DNA from: Acidobacteriota bacterium
GTDB lineage: Bacteria > Acidobacteriota > Vicinamibacteria > Vicinamibacterales > 2-12-FULL-66-21
DNA length: 64,000 nt
Direction: 5' to 3'
Assembly: GCA_046734955.1 (NCBI GenBank)
Contig: JBKPSH010000025.1
Span: forward strand, 1,135-65,134
Part shown: piece after piece, positions 28,146-36,040 of the stretch
How positions within the stretch are numbered: the stretch's first letter is position 1
Layout of the letters: each line of letters begins with the position of its first letter
Program-made: the position numbers and the translations under genes
The notes under the pieces: model-generated
Told to the model about the DNA's origin: nothing
Database searches by the model: none
Seen by the model: only the letters and a program-made list of their open reading frames with translations

Positions 28146-29402
28146 TCACACCACCGGCGTCGGCGAAGAAAGCGCCGCCAGGACTTCCTTATACAGATAC
28201 TTCGCACCCTCGACACCGTTGAGCGGACCCTCTTCGTACTCGAGCGCGAAGGTGCCCTTGAACCCGCCGGCGAGCATGATGCGCGTCGAGCGTTGCACAT
28301 CGTTCTTCTCGCCCCACCGATCCCAGTACTTCGCGTGGACGTTGGTGTGCGAGTACGGCGCCAGCGCTTTCAGCCCATTGAACAGCATGTACTCGTGCTC
28401 CCAGTTGCAGAAGTCGGGCGAGGCTTCGCAGTATGGGTGATTGATCGTGTCGAGCATGATCCGGATGTTCATCGGATCGGCCGCCAGTCCCCAGTGATTC
28501 TCGAACGTGACCGTGATACCGAGCTTGCCGCCGTAATCGGCCATCTCTTTGTAGGACTCGATGGCCGCGTTGAGCAGCGGAATGATGTCGAGATTGCGTG
28601 GGTATCCGTCATTCGAGCGCGGAATGGCGTTCGGACGGATGCTTGGCCCGAGTGCCTGCGGCGAATTCATGCGCATCGATTTGACGCCGAGCACGGCGCA
28701 ACCTTGCATCCAGCGTTTGGCAACTTCAACACCGGCTTTCCGCGCATCTTCATCGGGACCGGCGAGGTTTGTCGGGGCATTGTTCGAAATGTGCTGCACC
28801 TTGGTCCCGGTGGTGACGAGTTTGTTCGCGAGCTGGTCGAGCCACTTTCGTCCCGACGCACTCATCGGATCGAATGTGCGCCCGGCGTACATCGAATCAT
28901 CGGTGACGTCGCCGAACAGACCCGAGAAGATGTCCATGTGGGTCACGCCCGGGAACGTATCCTTGGTGAACTGCGGGAAGTCCAGCATCGTGATTTCGCC
29001 GTACTTCTCCTTCATCTGCGCGACGCTCCAGCCGCCGTTCACGGGTGATCGGGGTGGGAGCTGCGGCGCTGGTGCGGAAGCCGCCGGCGCCGCCGCTGCA
29101 GCTGCTGCGCCACCAGCGTCCGCGCCACGCGCAGGAGGCTGATCCGGGCCTGGCGTCGGCTGTCCACCGCCGCGCCCCGCTCCGCCACCCGCTCCCGCGC
29201 CGCGACCGCCACCAGCACGCGACTTGAAGATGTAGCGGATCGGATATGAACACGCGGCGATCCGATCCAGCCGGTTCTTTTCTTCAAATGCCTGCGCCAG
29301 CGCCTTCTCGCGCGGCGTCATCATCAATCCGGCGGCGGTGATCCCCCCGGTCGCAGTTTTGAAAAAGTCACGCCGATTTACGCCGTTGTCCCGTTCGTTC
29401 AT
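28146..29402 (-). CDS. TAT-exported xylose-isomerase-like TIM-barrel protein (sugar phosphate isomerase/epimerase family)
   Basis: Twin-arginine leader NRRDFFKTATGGITAAGLMM. TIM-barrel family motifs in the C-terminal two thirds. ATG at 29402, with GGTGAGGA 7 nt upstream. Carries an insert of about 60 aa rich in G/A/R/P. Confidence 0.7.
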   Translation of the reverse strand: MNERDNGVNRRDFFKTATGGITAAGLMMTPREKALAQAFEEKNRLDRIAACSYPIRYIFKSRAGGGRGAGAGGGAGRGGGQPTPGPDQPPARGADAGGAAAAAAAPAASAPAPQLPPRSPVNGGWSVAQMKEKYGEITMLDFPQFTKDTFPGVTHMDIFSGLFGDVTDDSMYAGRTFDPMSASGRKWLDQLANKLVTTGTKVQHISNNAPTNLAGPDEDARKAGVEVAKRWMQGCAVLGVKSMRMNSPQALGPSIRPNAIPRSNDGYPRNLDIIPLLNAAIESYKEMADYGGKLGITVTFENHWGLAADPMNIRIMLDTINHPYCEASPDFCNWEHEYMLFNGLKALAPYSHTNVHAKYWDRWGEKNDVQRSTRIMLAGGFKGTFALEYEEGPLNGVEGAKYLYKEVLAALSSPTPVV

Positions 29403-29412
29403 CCTCAAATCC

Positions 29413-30102
29413 TCACCGTTTACTCAAATCCCGAATGATGATGTCTTTGAACCGCATGTTGCCCTGACCACCGGAGTGCAGTTGCAGCGCTAGAGGACCA
29501 TCCTCGCTCTCCGGTTGTGGATCGGTGTAGTCGATCATCACGACGCCATTCAATCGTGACACGTAATGGTTGCCCTCGACCTTCAGCAGGTAGTCGTTCC
29601 ACTCTCCTGGCCGGACCACACTCTCGTTGTCCGGTGACGGCCAGACAATCCATTTCCGCGTCTGTTCGTAGACGCCGCCGGTGTGACGGCCCAGTGTGCA
29701 ATCGATCTCGAACTGCGGACCCTTCGTGACGGTCGGCGTGCCGGGCTTGAAGTTGACGTGGAAGAACACCCCGCTGTTACCATCGCCTTCACACTTGAAG
29801 CGCAGCGACAGGTGAAAGTCTTTGTAACTCTTATCGGTCTGGAGGTAGCCATATTCCCGCGTGATGGCGAGGCCGTGAAGCGTTCCGTCCTGGACTTCCC
29901 ATTTCTCCTTGCCGATGCTGGTCCAGCCGGTCAGGTCCTTGCCGTTGAACAGCGGAACCCAGTCTTCGCCGGGCGCCTTGGGAACCACGGATTGGGCTGC
30001 AGGTCTTGGATACGTGGGAGACACCGTCGGGGTCTGCGCTACCAAGGCGGCTTGCCACACCAGTAGTGCGGCCACAGACAAACACAGACCAATACGAGCC
30101 AC
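29413..30102 (-). CDS. Exported DUF1080 (3-keto-disaccharide hydrolase family) protein
   Basis: Motifs LFNGKDLTGW, YKDFHLSLRF, GNSGVFFH and LALQLHSGGQGNMRFKDIIIRDL. The start is ambiguous. The GTG at 30102 gives a clean signal peptide (M)ARIGLCLSVAALLVWQAALVAQ. The ATG at 30249 would add about 49 aa encoded by the 27-bp tandem repeat. Confidence 0.7.
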   Translation of the reverse strand: MARIGLCLSVAALLVWQAALVAQTPTVSPTYPRPAAQSVVPKAPGEDWVPLFNGKDLTGWTSIGKEKWEVQDGTLHGLAITREYGYLQTDKSYKDFHLSLRFKCEGDGNSGVFFHVNFKPGTPTVTKGPQFEIDCTLGRHTGGVYEQTRKWIVWPSPDNESVVRPGEWNDYLLKVEGNHYVSRLNGVVMIDYTDPQPESEDGPLALQLHSGGQGNMRFKDIIIRDLSKR

Positions 30103-30198
30103 GGAAAAACACGGGTGAACACGAGCCACGGAAAAACGCGGACGAACACGAGACACGGAAAAACACGGACCAATACGAGCCACGGAAAAACACGGACG
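30091..30198. repeat. 27-bp tandem repeat, four full copies, plus degenerate copies at 30064-30090 and 30199-30209
   Basis: Units: aatacgagccacggaaaaacacgggtg / aacacgagccacggaaaaacgcggacg / aacacgagacacggaaaaacacggacc / aatacgagccacggaaaaacacggacg. Confidence 0.9.
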
Positions 30199-30252
30199 AA
30201 CACGGATGTGTGTCCGGGCAGTGAATGAGCCGACGAGAGTTGTTTTCATTTC

Positions 30253-30316
30253 CACATCGATCCGTGTTGTTCCGTGTTGATCCGTGGCTTCCCTTGATCC
30301 GTGTGGTTCCGTGGGA
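30253..30316. repeat. Inverted partner of the 27-bp repeat (TCCGTG words)
   Basis: The reverse complement of cacatcgatccgtgttgttccgtgttgatccgtggc matches gccacggaaaaacacggacgaacacggatgtg (30178-30209) at about 28 of 32 positions. Confidence 0.75.
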
Positions 30317-31291
30317 TTACGCGAGCGCATCCTTCACATACTGGAGACACTTTTGCATTTCGACTTTTGGATCTCCCTGGTACTCGAATTCAATGTTCAC
30401 CGGTATATCCCATTTGTTCTTCTGCACCAGCTTCAACACGTCCTTCAGCGGCGCGTCTCCCTGGCCGAACGGCGTATAGCCGCCACCGTTGGTCGCCTTC
30501 TTCATGTCCTTGAGGTGCAGGTTCGTAATGCGGTCGTGATGCTTCTGCAAGAACGGGATCGGATCGTATCCTGCTTCCGTGTAGTGACCAACGTCGAGGT
30601 TGGCGCCGAGATACTTCGATGCCGCCATGACGGCTTCGAAACTCTCCGGCGTGGCCACCTCGTCGGGATTGCTCGTGTTCGCGTGGCCGTGAAAGCCGAC
30701 GCGCATCTTGTGCTTGTCGGCAAACGGCGCGAGACGCTTCGACATGCTGACCTGCGTCGACGTCGACATCGCATCGACACCGAGGCGCTTCGCCATCCTG
30801 AACGCATACTCGATCTCATCGTCCTGGGTTGTCTTGACGTTCATGTTGTAGCAGAGGATCTTCAGCTCGATGCCGGCGTCCTGGATCTTCTTGCGAACGG
30901 GTGCAAACGTCGCATCAGTCGACGCCATGCGCCAGTCGTGCAGCGCTTTGATCGCGGCGTCACGCTCGGCCTGCTGCTCGGGTGTCAGCGGTGCGCCTCG
31001 ACGTCCACCAACGCCGCCGCGACCGCCACGGGGTACACCGGCCAGCTGCTCGGCATGGTTCGACATCAGCTCCATTTCGCCAAGACCGATATCGACGTAG
31101 GCCTTGATGATCTCGTCGACATCCGTCATCGAACGAAAACTGTAGGTAATGGCGCCAATCTGCACGCCGTTAATCCTCGAGTTGATCTTCGCCGCGGCCG
31201 AGAGCGCCACGCGCGAGAGCAAAACCGATGCAGGAACGCCGGCAAGCGTCAGCCTGGTGAAATCACGTCGGGTCAGGTTCTTTGGATGCAT
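30317..31291 (-). CDS. TAT-exported xylose-isomerase-like TIM-barrel protein
   Basis: Leader MHPKNLTRRDFTRLTLAGVPASVLL. The ATG at 31291 has GCGAGGA upstream; the track start is the GTG at 31306. TIM-barrel family core (GFHGHAN, LDVGHY, HLKD). Confidence 0.7.
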   Translation of the reverse strand: MHPKNLTRRDFTRLTLAGVPASVLLSRVALSAAAKINSRINGVQIGAITYSFRSMTDVDEIIKAYVDIGLGEMELMSNHAEQLAGVPRGGRGGVGGRRGAPLTPEQQAERDAAIKALHDWRMASTDATFAPVRKKIQDAGIELKILCYNMNVKTTQDDEIEYAFRMAKRLGVDAMSTSTQVSMSKRLAPFADKHKMRVGFHGHANTSNPDEVATPESFEAVMAASKYLGANLDVGHYTEAGYDPIPFLQKHHDRITNLHLKDMKKATNGGGYTPFGQGDAPLKDVLKLVQKNKWDIPVNIEFEYQGDPKVEMQKCLQYVKDALA

Positions 31292-31400
31292 GTGGATCCT
31301 CGCCACGTTGCCGGAGTGCTCGCGCCGTGCTGGAATATCGAGGACGATACCGGATCAGGATACGAGAGGCAACCTGACGGCTGAAGGGTACGCGTTGCCA

Positions 31401-32546
31401 ATGAAGACAATCACTGTGTTCCTCGCGGTACTCAATAGTCTCCTCCAAACCGGAGCGGTTGGGCAGACAACCGGGGCGCCACACAAGATCGTCGGCTACT
31501 ATGCGGACTGGACCGCGGAGCGCTACCCGTTGGCGGACATTCCCGCCGACAAGCTGACGCACGTCAACTACGCGTTCGGCAAGATTGATGCTAACAACAA
31601 GCTGACGTTCAATCGGGCCATTGCCACCGATCGCGTCTACCCTGGCGACTGCTCTGAAGGGCAATGTCCGCACGGCCTCTTCAATCAAATCACGCTGATC
31701 AAACAACGTTATCCGCACCTCAAGTTCATTCTGTCAGTCGGCGGCTGGACCGATTCGGGACCGTTCTACGAGATGGCGGCAACCGAGCAAAACCGCCAGA
31801 CGTTCGCTCAATCCTGCGCGGAGTTTCTGAAGATCTATCCGCAATTCGATGGCATCGACATCGACTGGGAGCATCCCGTAGCGGGCGGCCTGCAGCCAGG
31901 CCAGCCGCGGGACGCACACAACTACGTTCTGCTGCTGATGGCGCTGCGCAAAGCGATCGGTGTGTCGAAGCTGCTGACCGTTGCCGTCGGTGCCGGTCCG
32001 CGCGCGATCGATCCGCTCGAGTACGAGGAGATGGCGGCGGTGCTCGACTGGGTCAACGTCATGACCTACGACTTCCACAGCGGCGGCGCGCGCGCAGGGT
32101 TCAACTCCGCGCTCTACAATCACGACGATCCAACGAACGCCCGAGCGAACACCGATGCGGCGGTGCAGGCAATCCTCGCGAAGGGTGTTCCGCGAACCAA
32201 GCTGGTCGTCGGTGTTCCGTTTTACGGGCGGGGGTGGCGGGGGATCGAGCCGCCGGGCGTGTGGGCTGAAGGCAGCGGCACGATCCAGGTCGGCGGCTAT
32301 CGGGCGATCGCCGCGAATCAACTTCAGTCGTCGGCGTTCGTGCGCCATTGGGACGACGTCGCGAAGGTGCCGTGGCTGTATAACGCCGTCGCCAAGGAGT
32401 GGATTACCTACGAGGACGCGCAGTCCATGCGCATCAAAGGACAGTACGTCGTCGAACAGGGTCTCGCCGGTGCGATGTTCTGGGAATTGTCGAACGACGA
32501 TGGGACGCTCTTGGGCGGCCTTCGTCTGGGGCTGGGACTCCGTTAA
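31401..32546 (+). CDS. Secreted glycoside hydrolase family 18 (chitinase-like)
   Basis: The ATG at 31401 gives the signal peptide MKTITVFLAVLNSLLQTGAVGQ. GH18 catalytic motif FDGIDIDWEHP. The track start at 31149 overlaps the divergent gene. Confidence 0.85.
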   Translation: MKTITVFLAVLNSLLQTGAVGQTTGAPHKIVGYYADWTAERYPLADIPADKLTHVNYAFGKIDANNKLTFNRAIATDRVYPGDCSEGQCPHGLFNQITLIKQRYPHLKFILSVGGWTDSGPFYEMAATEQNRQTFAQSCAEFLKIYPQFDGIDIDWEHPVAGGLQPGQPRDAHNYVLLLMALRKAIGVSKLLTVAVGAGPRAIDPLEYEEMAAVLDWVNVMTYDFHSGGARAGFNSALYNHDDPTNARANTDAAVQAILAKGVPRTKLVVGVPFYGRGWRGIEPPGVWAEGSGTIQVGGYRAIAANQLQSSAFVRHWDDVAKVPWLYNAVAKEWITYEDAQSMRIKGQYVVEQGLAGAMFWELSNDDGTLLGGLRLGLGLR

Positions 32547-32610
32547 CTTCCGCCCACATTGGCAAAACGCGACCGCGAACGATATGATGTGCGCCGCCGA
32601 GGCGCCTGGT

Positions 32611-33624
32611 ATGCCGAACATCTACGAGGTCGCAAAACGGGCGGGGGTATCCACGGCGACGGTGTCGCGTGTACTGAGCCGTCCGCAGCTGGTCTCGCCG
32701 GAAACACGCCGCCGCGTGCTGCACGCGGTCAAGACCATGGCGTACGCGCCGAACTCCGCGGCCAAGAACCTGCGGACGCTTCGGACCGGCAAGCTTCTCG
32801 TCACCGTTCCCGACATTTCGAATCCGTTCTTCTCATTGATCCTGCAGGGCATCGAGGACGCGGCGCAGCGCGAGGGACACGCCGTCCTGTTCGGCGATAC
32901 GCAGCACGATGAAACACGCGAGGAACGCTACGCGTTGATGCTGCAGCGGAAGGAAGCCGACGGCCTGATCTTTCTCGGCCATCGGCTGCCGAAATCAGCC
33001 GGCGACCTGGTCCGATCGATGGCGCCGGCGTGCGCGCCGGTGGTCAATGGATGCGAGTTCAATCCCCGCCTGCGAATCCCCAGCGTGCATATCGACAATG
33101 CCGCCGCAGCGTCCGAGGCGATGGATCATCTCTACAACCTCGGTCATCGCCGCATCGGGATCGTCACCGGTCCGCTGGTGAGTCCGTTGAGCCGCGATCG
33201 GCTGCGCGGCGCGACGACCCGCGCGCGAGCGGAAGGCTCCGAGCAGGATTTCGTGATCATGCACGGCGATTTTTCGATCGAGTCAGGCGCCTTCGCGGCC
33301 GAGCGATTGTTCGCGCGCCAGGAACCGCCGACCGCGATCTTCTGCTTCAACGACGAGATGGCGTTTGGCGTCATGCAGGTCGCACGTCGTCGCGGGATGC
33401 GCGTGCCAGACGACCTCTCGGTCGTCGGCTTCGACGACATCCGATTCTCGCGTCACATGGATCCGCCGCTGACGACAATCGCGCAGCCCATGCGCGAGAT
33501 CGGCGAAGGGACCGTCCGCTTGCTGCTGGATATTCTGAGTGGAAAGACCGTTGGGCCGACTTCCGTCACCCTTGCGCACAAGCTGGTTGTGCGAGGCAGC
33601 ACCGGGCGCGCGACAACTGAGTGA
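32611..33624 (+). CDS. LacI-family transcriptional regulator
   Basis: MPNIYEVAKRAGVSTATVSRVLS helix-turn-helix, followed by a PBP-type effector domain. Confidence 0.85.
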   Translation: MPNIYEVAKRAGVSTATVSRVLSRPQLVSPETRRRVLHAVKTMAYAPNSAAKNLRTLRTGKLLVTVPDISNPFFSLILQGIEDAAQREGHAVLFGDTQHDETREERYALMLQRKEADGLIFLGHRLPKSAGDLVRSMAPACAPVVNGCEFNPRLRIPSVHIDNAAAASEAMDHLYNLGHRRIGIVTGPLVSPLSRDRLRGATTRARAEGSEQDFVIMHGDFSIESGAFAAERLFARQEPPTAIFCFNDEMAFGVMQVARRRGMRVPDDLSVVGFDDIRFSRHMDPPLTTIAQPMREIGEGTVRLLLDILSGKTVGPTSVTLAHKLVVRGSTGRATTE

Positions 33625-33650
33625 TGCAGGCGGGATCCGTTCTGCGGGAT

Positions 33651-33668
33651 CCGGGATCCGGATCCCGG
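33651..33668. terminator. Perfect 18-bp palindrome CCGGGATCCGGATCCCGG between the convergent LacI and VWA genes
   Basis: Self-complementary as read. Preceded by cgggatccgttctgcgggatcc (33631-33652). Confidence 0.45.
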
Positions 33669-33673
33669 TACAA

Positions 33674-34585
33674 TCAATCTGCGAAGCGAAGTTTCGTCGG
33701 CGCTCGCACCGTCAGCCCCGAGCGCTTCACCGACACCGACAGTTTCTCCGTGTCCTTTGGACGGTCAGGCCGTGAGAACGACACGGCGTACTGATTTCGC
33801 AAGGCTTCCGCGAGTTCCTGCAGTCCGGCGACGATTCCTGCCGATGCGACGATCTCTTCGCGCTTGCCACCAGACTGCTTGGGTCCATCGCCCAGCACTT
33901 CGCTGAGGTTCAGGTTCGATTCAAGCAGCGCGCTGGGCTTTGACACTGCCGCCATGGCGCGGAGCGCGGAGCTGTTGATGGCGATCACGTTGAGCGCGGC
34001 TCCACTCTTCTCCAGTTCTTCGAGCACGTGGTGCGCCGGCAGCGTGCTGTGCTCTTCACCGCCGACGGTCAGGACGACGATGATCGGGCGGGTAGCGCGC
34101 CGCTTCTGAAAATCCTTTGCGGTTTCGAAGATCCCCTCGAGCAGCTGACCGCCGTCGTTGGTGGCCGGCCGCGCGTTCAACTGGCTCACCGCCATCGAAA
34201 CGCGCTCGAGATTTGCGGTGTAGTCGAGCAGTTTTTGAGGCTGGCCATAAACCGTGCTGAGGCCGAATTCGGCGCGTCCCTGGAGGCGCTCGACAAACTT
34301 CGCGACCGCATAGCGGAAGATGCCGGTGCCGTTGTCGTCGACGACAACCGCGATGCGAAGCGGCACGGTGGACATCCCCGCACCGACGATCTCACGGTCC
34401 TTGCCCCCTTCTTTAATCATGAAGTCGTCAGCAGCCAGATCGGTGACAGGAGCCCCGGATTTATCGAGAACGCTGACGAAAACCGTGCGGGTGAGGGCGC
34501 TCTGACGTGACGCGTGATCAGGCAGACCACTACTTGCCGAAAGAGTGACAGACAGGACGACGCTCAACACGGAGAACGTGTTCAT
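33674..34585 (-). CDS. Exported VWA-domain protein (acidobacterial VWFA-related type)
   Basis: Signal peptide, then VFVSVLDKSGAPVTDLAADDFMIKEGGKDREI and a VWA-like core. This is the layout of the acidobacterial VWFA-related family. Confidence 0.6.
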   Translation of the reverse strand: MNTFSVLSVVLSVTLSASSGLPDHASRQSALTRTVFVSVLDKSGAPVTDLAADDFMIKEGGKDREIVGAGMSTVPLRIAVVVDDNGTGIFRYAVAKFVERLQGRAEFGLSTVYGQPQKLLDYTANLERVSMAVSQLNARPATNDGGQLLEGIFETAKDFQKRRATRPIIVVLTVGGEEHSTLPAHHVLEELEKSGAALNVIAINSSALRAMAAVSKPSALLESNLNLSEVLGDGPKQSGGKREEIVASAGIVAGLQELAEALRNQYAVSFSRPDRPKDTEKLSVSVKRSGLTVRAPTKLRFAD

Positions 34586-34602
34586 GCGCTCCTACACCGA
34601 TT

Positions 34603-35904
34603 TTACCCCTTCGACGCGGCCAGCCGTTCGCCGTGTTCGTCGACGGCGAGAGGTGGTGGTTCGTGCGCGACGAGGTATTCGAATTGCTGTCGGAATTCCT
34701 GCTCGGTGAGGTGTGCCGTCTTCGCCAGCAGCGCGACCTCTTTCGGATCCTCCAGGTCGTCGCGCCTCAACCGGATCATGTAGCGGCGCGCAATCGCATA
34801 TCTGGTCGAGCTGATGTCGACCATCCGCACCTTTGTTCGTCCCGTTTGTCCATCGATCATCTCGGAGAACGGGATCGGGATGAAATGGCCGCCCTGCATG
34901 GAAATCATTGCGGCGGTGCCGCCGGCAAGGAGGTACTTTGCGGCGCAATAGCCGAGGTCGCGCGTGTATTCCATGTCGAAGGGAATGGGATCGGCGCATC
35001 GAAGTTCGTAGCCGATGTTCTTCTCCGAGATGGTCGTCTTGATGCCCAGTGCCCGTAGCCGCTCGCTCACCTTGGCTTTCAGCATGTCGCCGAGATTGAC
35101 TTCCGCCAGCCGGACGTGGCCGTGTGCGTCGCGTTCGACGTCCTTGAGATCCGCGAGATCGTCGGGCGAAATGTCGAGCGCCACGCCCTCGGCGATCACT
35201 GCCACGCCGTCGCGCCGCCCTTCAGCCAGACGTTTGATGATGCTCGCCGTGAGCGTGTCCACGATTTCTTTCAGACGGATCGGCGGATCGAATTCTTCCC
35301 CGATCAGCGTGATCGTCGCGCCTGCCGCTTTGCCGATGCCCAAGGCGAGGTGTCCGGCCTTGCGCCCCATCGCGATGACAAAGTACCAGCGCGATGTTGT
35401 TTTGGCGTCGACCATCAGGTTCTTGAGAATGTCGACACCATAGTGACGCGCTGACTGGAAGCCGAACGTGTCGATGTGCGGCGGGAGATCAAGATCGTTG
35501 TCGATGGTCTTCGGCACGTGGACGACGCGAATCCGGCCGGCAGCGTGCTGCTCGAGCTTCATCGCGGAAAACGCGGTATCGTCGCCGCCGATGGTGACGA
35601 GCTGCGACACGTTCAAACGCAACAGCGCGTTCACCGTGTTTTCGAGCAGTTGCTGATCCTTGGTGGGATTCGCGCGCGCGATGCCGAGATAGGACCCGCC
35701 CCGGAAATGGATCCGGCTCACGGTGTCGATTGATAGCGGGATGACGTGCTCCGAATCCCCTTGCATCAACCATTCGAAGCCATCGCGGATGCCGATGACG
35801 TCGATACCCTGCAGCTTCGTGCGAATCGTCGCGGCGGCAATGACGCTGTTGATGCCGGGCGCCGGCCCGCCGCCAACGAGGATCGCGAGGTTATTGTTTG
35901 CCAT
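34603..35904 (-). CDS. pfp: Phosphofructokinase, probably PPi-dependent
   Basis: PFK motifs GGGPAPGINSVI and PKTIDNDL. The TIGGDDT motif has Asp in place of the Gly of ATP-dependent enzymes (GGDGS). Confidence 0.7.
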   Translation of the reverse strand: MANNNLAILVGGGPAPGINSVIAAATIRTKLQGIDVIGIRDGFEWLMQGDSEHVIPLSIDTVSRIHFRGGSYLGIARANPTKDQQLLENTVNALLRLNVSQLVTIGGDDTAFSAMKLEQHAAGRIRVVHVPKTIDNDLDLPPHIDTFGFQSARHYGVDILKNLMVDAKTTSRWYFVIAMGRKAGHLALGIGKAAGATITLIGEEFDPPIRLKEIVDTLTASIIKRLAEGRRDGVAVIAEGVALDISPDDLADLKDVERDAHGHVRLAEVNLGDMLKAKVSERLRALGIKTTISEKNIGYELRCADPIPFDMEYTRDLGYCAAKYLLAGGTAAMISMQGGHFIPIPFSEMIDGQTGRTKVRMVDISSTRYAIARRYMIRLRRDDLEDPKEVALLAKTAHLTEQEFRQQFEYLVAHEPPPLAVDEHGERLAASKG

Positions 35905-35960
35905 GTGATGTAAGCGATTGCAAATTCGTACGAGCTGAAGAGGACATTATACGCGGAGGT

Positions 35961-36004
35961 GGCCCGCCGCCGGGATCCGTTGTCCGGGATCCGGCGCCGG
36001 GGCC
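35961..36004. repeat. GGATCC-word imperfect hairpin
   Basis: ggcccgccgccgggatccgttgtccgggatccggcgccggggcc. The arms pair with one bulge. Confidence 0.6.
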
Positions 36005-36010
36005 ACTCAG

Positions 36011-36040
36011 AGCTGGAAGCTGGAAACTGGCAGCTGGAAG
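36011..36040 (-). repeat. Stop-codon-anchored tandem CTTCCAG/TTTCCAG words
   Basis: The minus strand reads TAG-CTTCCAGCTGCCAGTTTCCAGCTTCCAGCT directly after the TIM-barrel gene stop. Confidence 0.8.

Noticed and set aside
30064-30316. 27-bp repeat array considered as a CRISPR array
   Set aside because: The units are directly abutting with no spacers. There are only about 4-5 copies, no cas genes, and the units are in frame with the adjacent gene start.
30284-32621. Antisense ORFs 30284-31384 (+) and 31734-32621 (-)
   Set aside because: They lie opposite the TAT TIM-barrel and GH18 genes, which carry diagnostic motifs (RRDF leader, DGIDIDWE).
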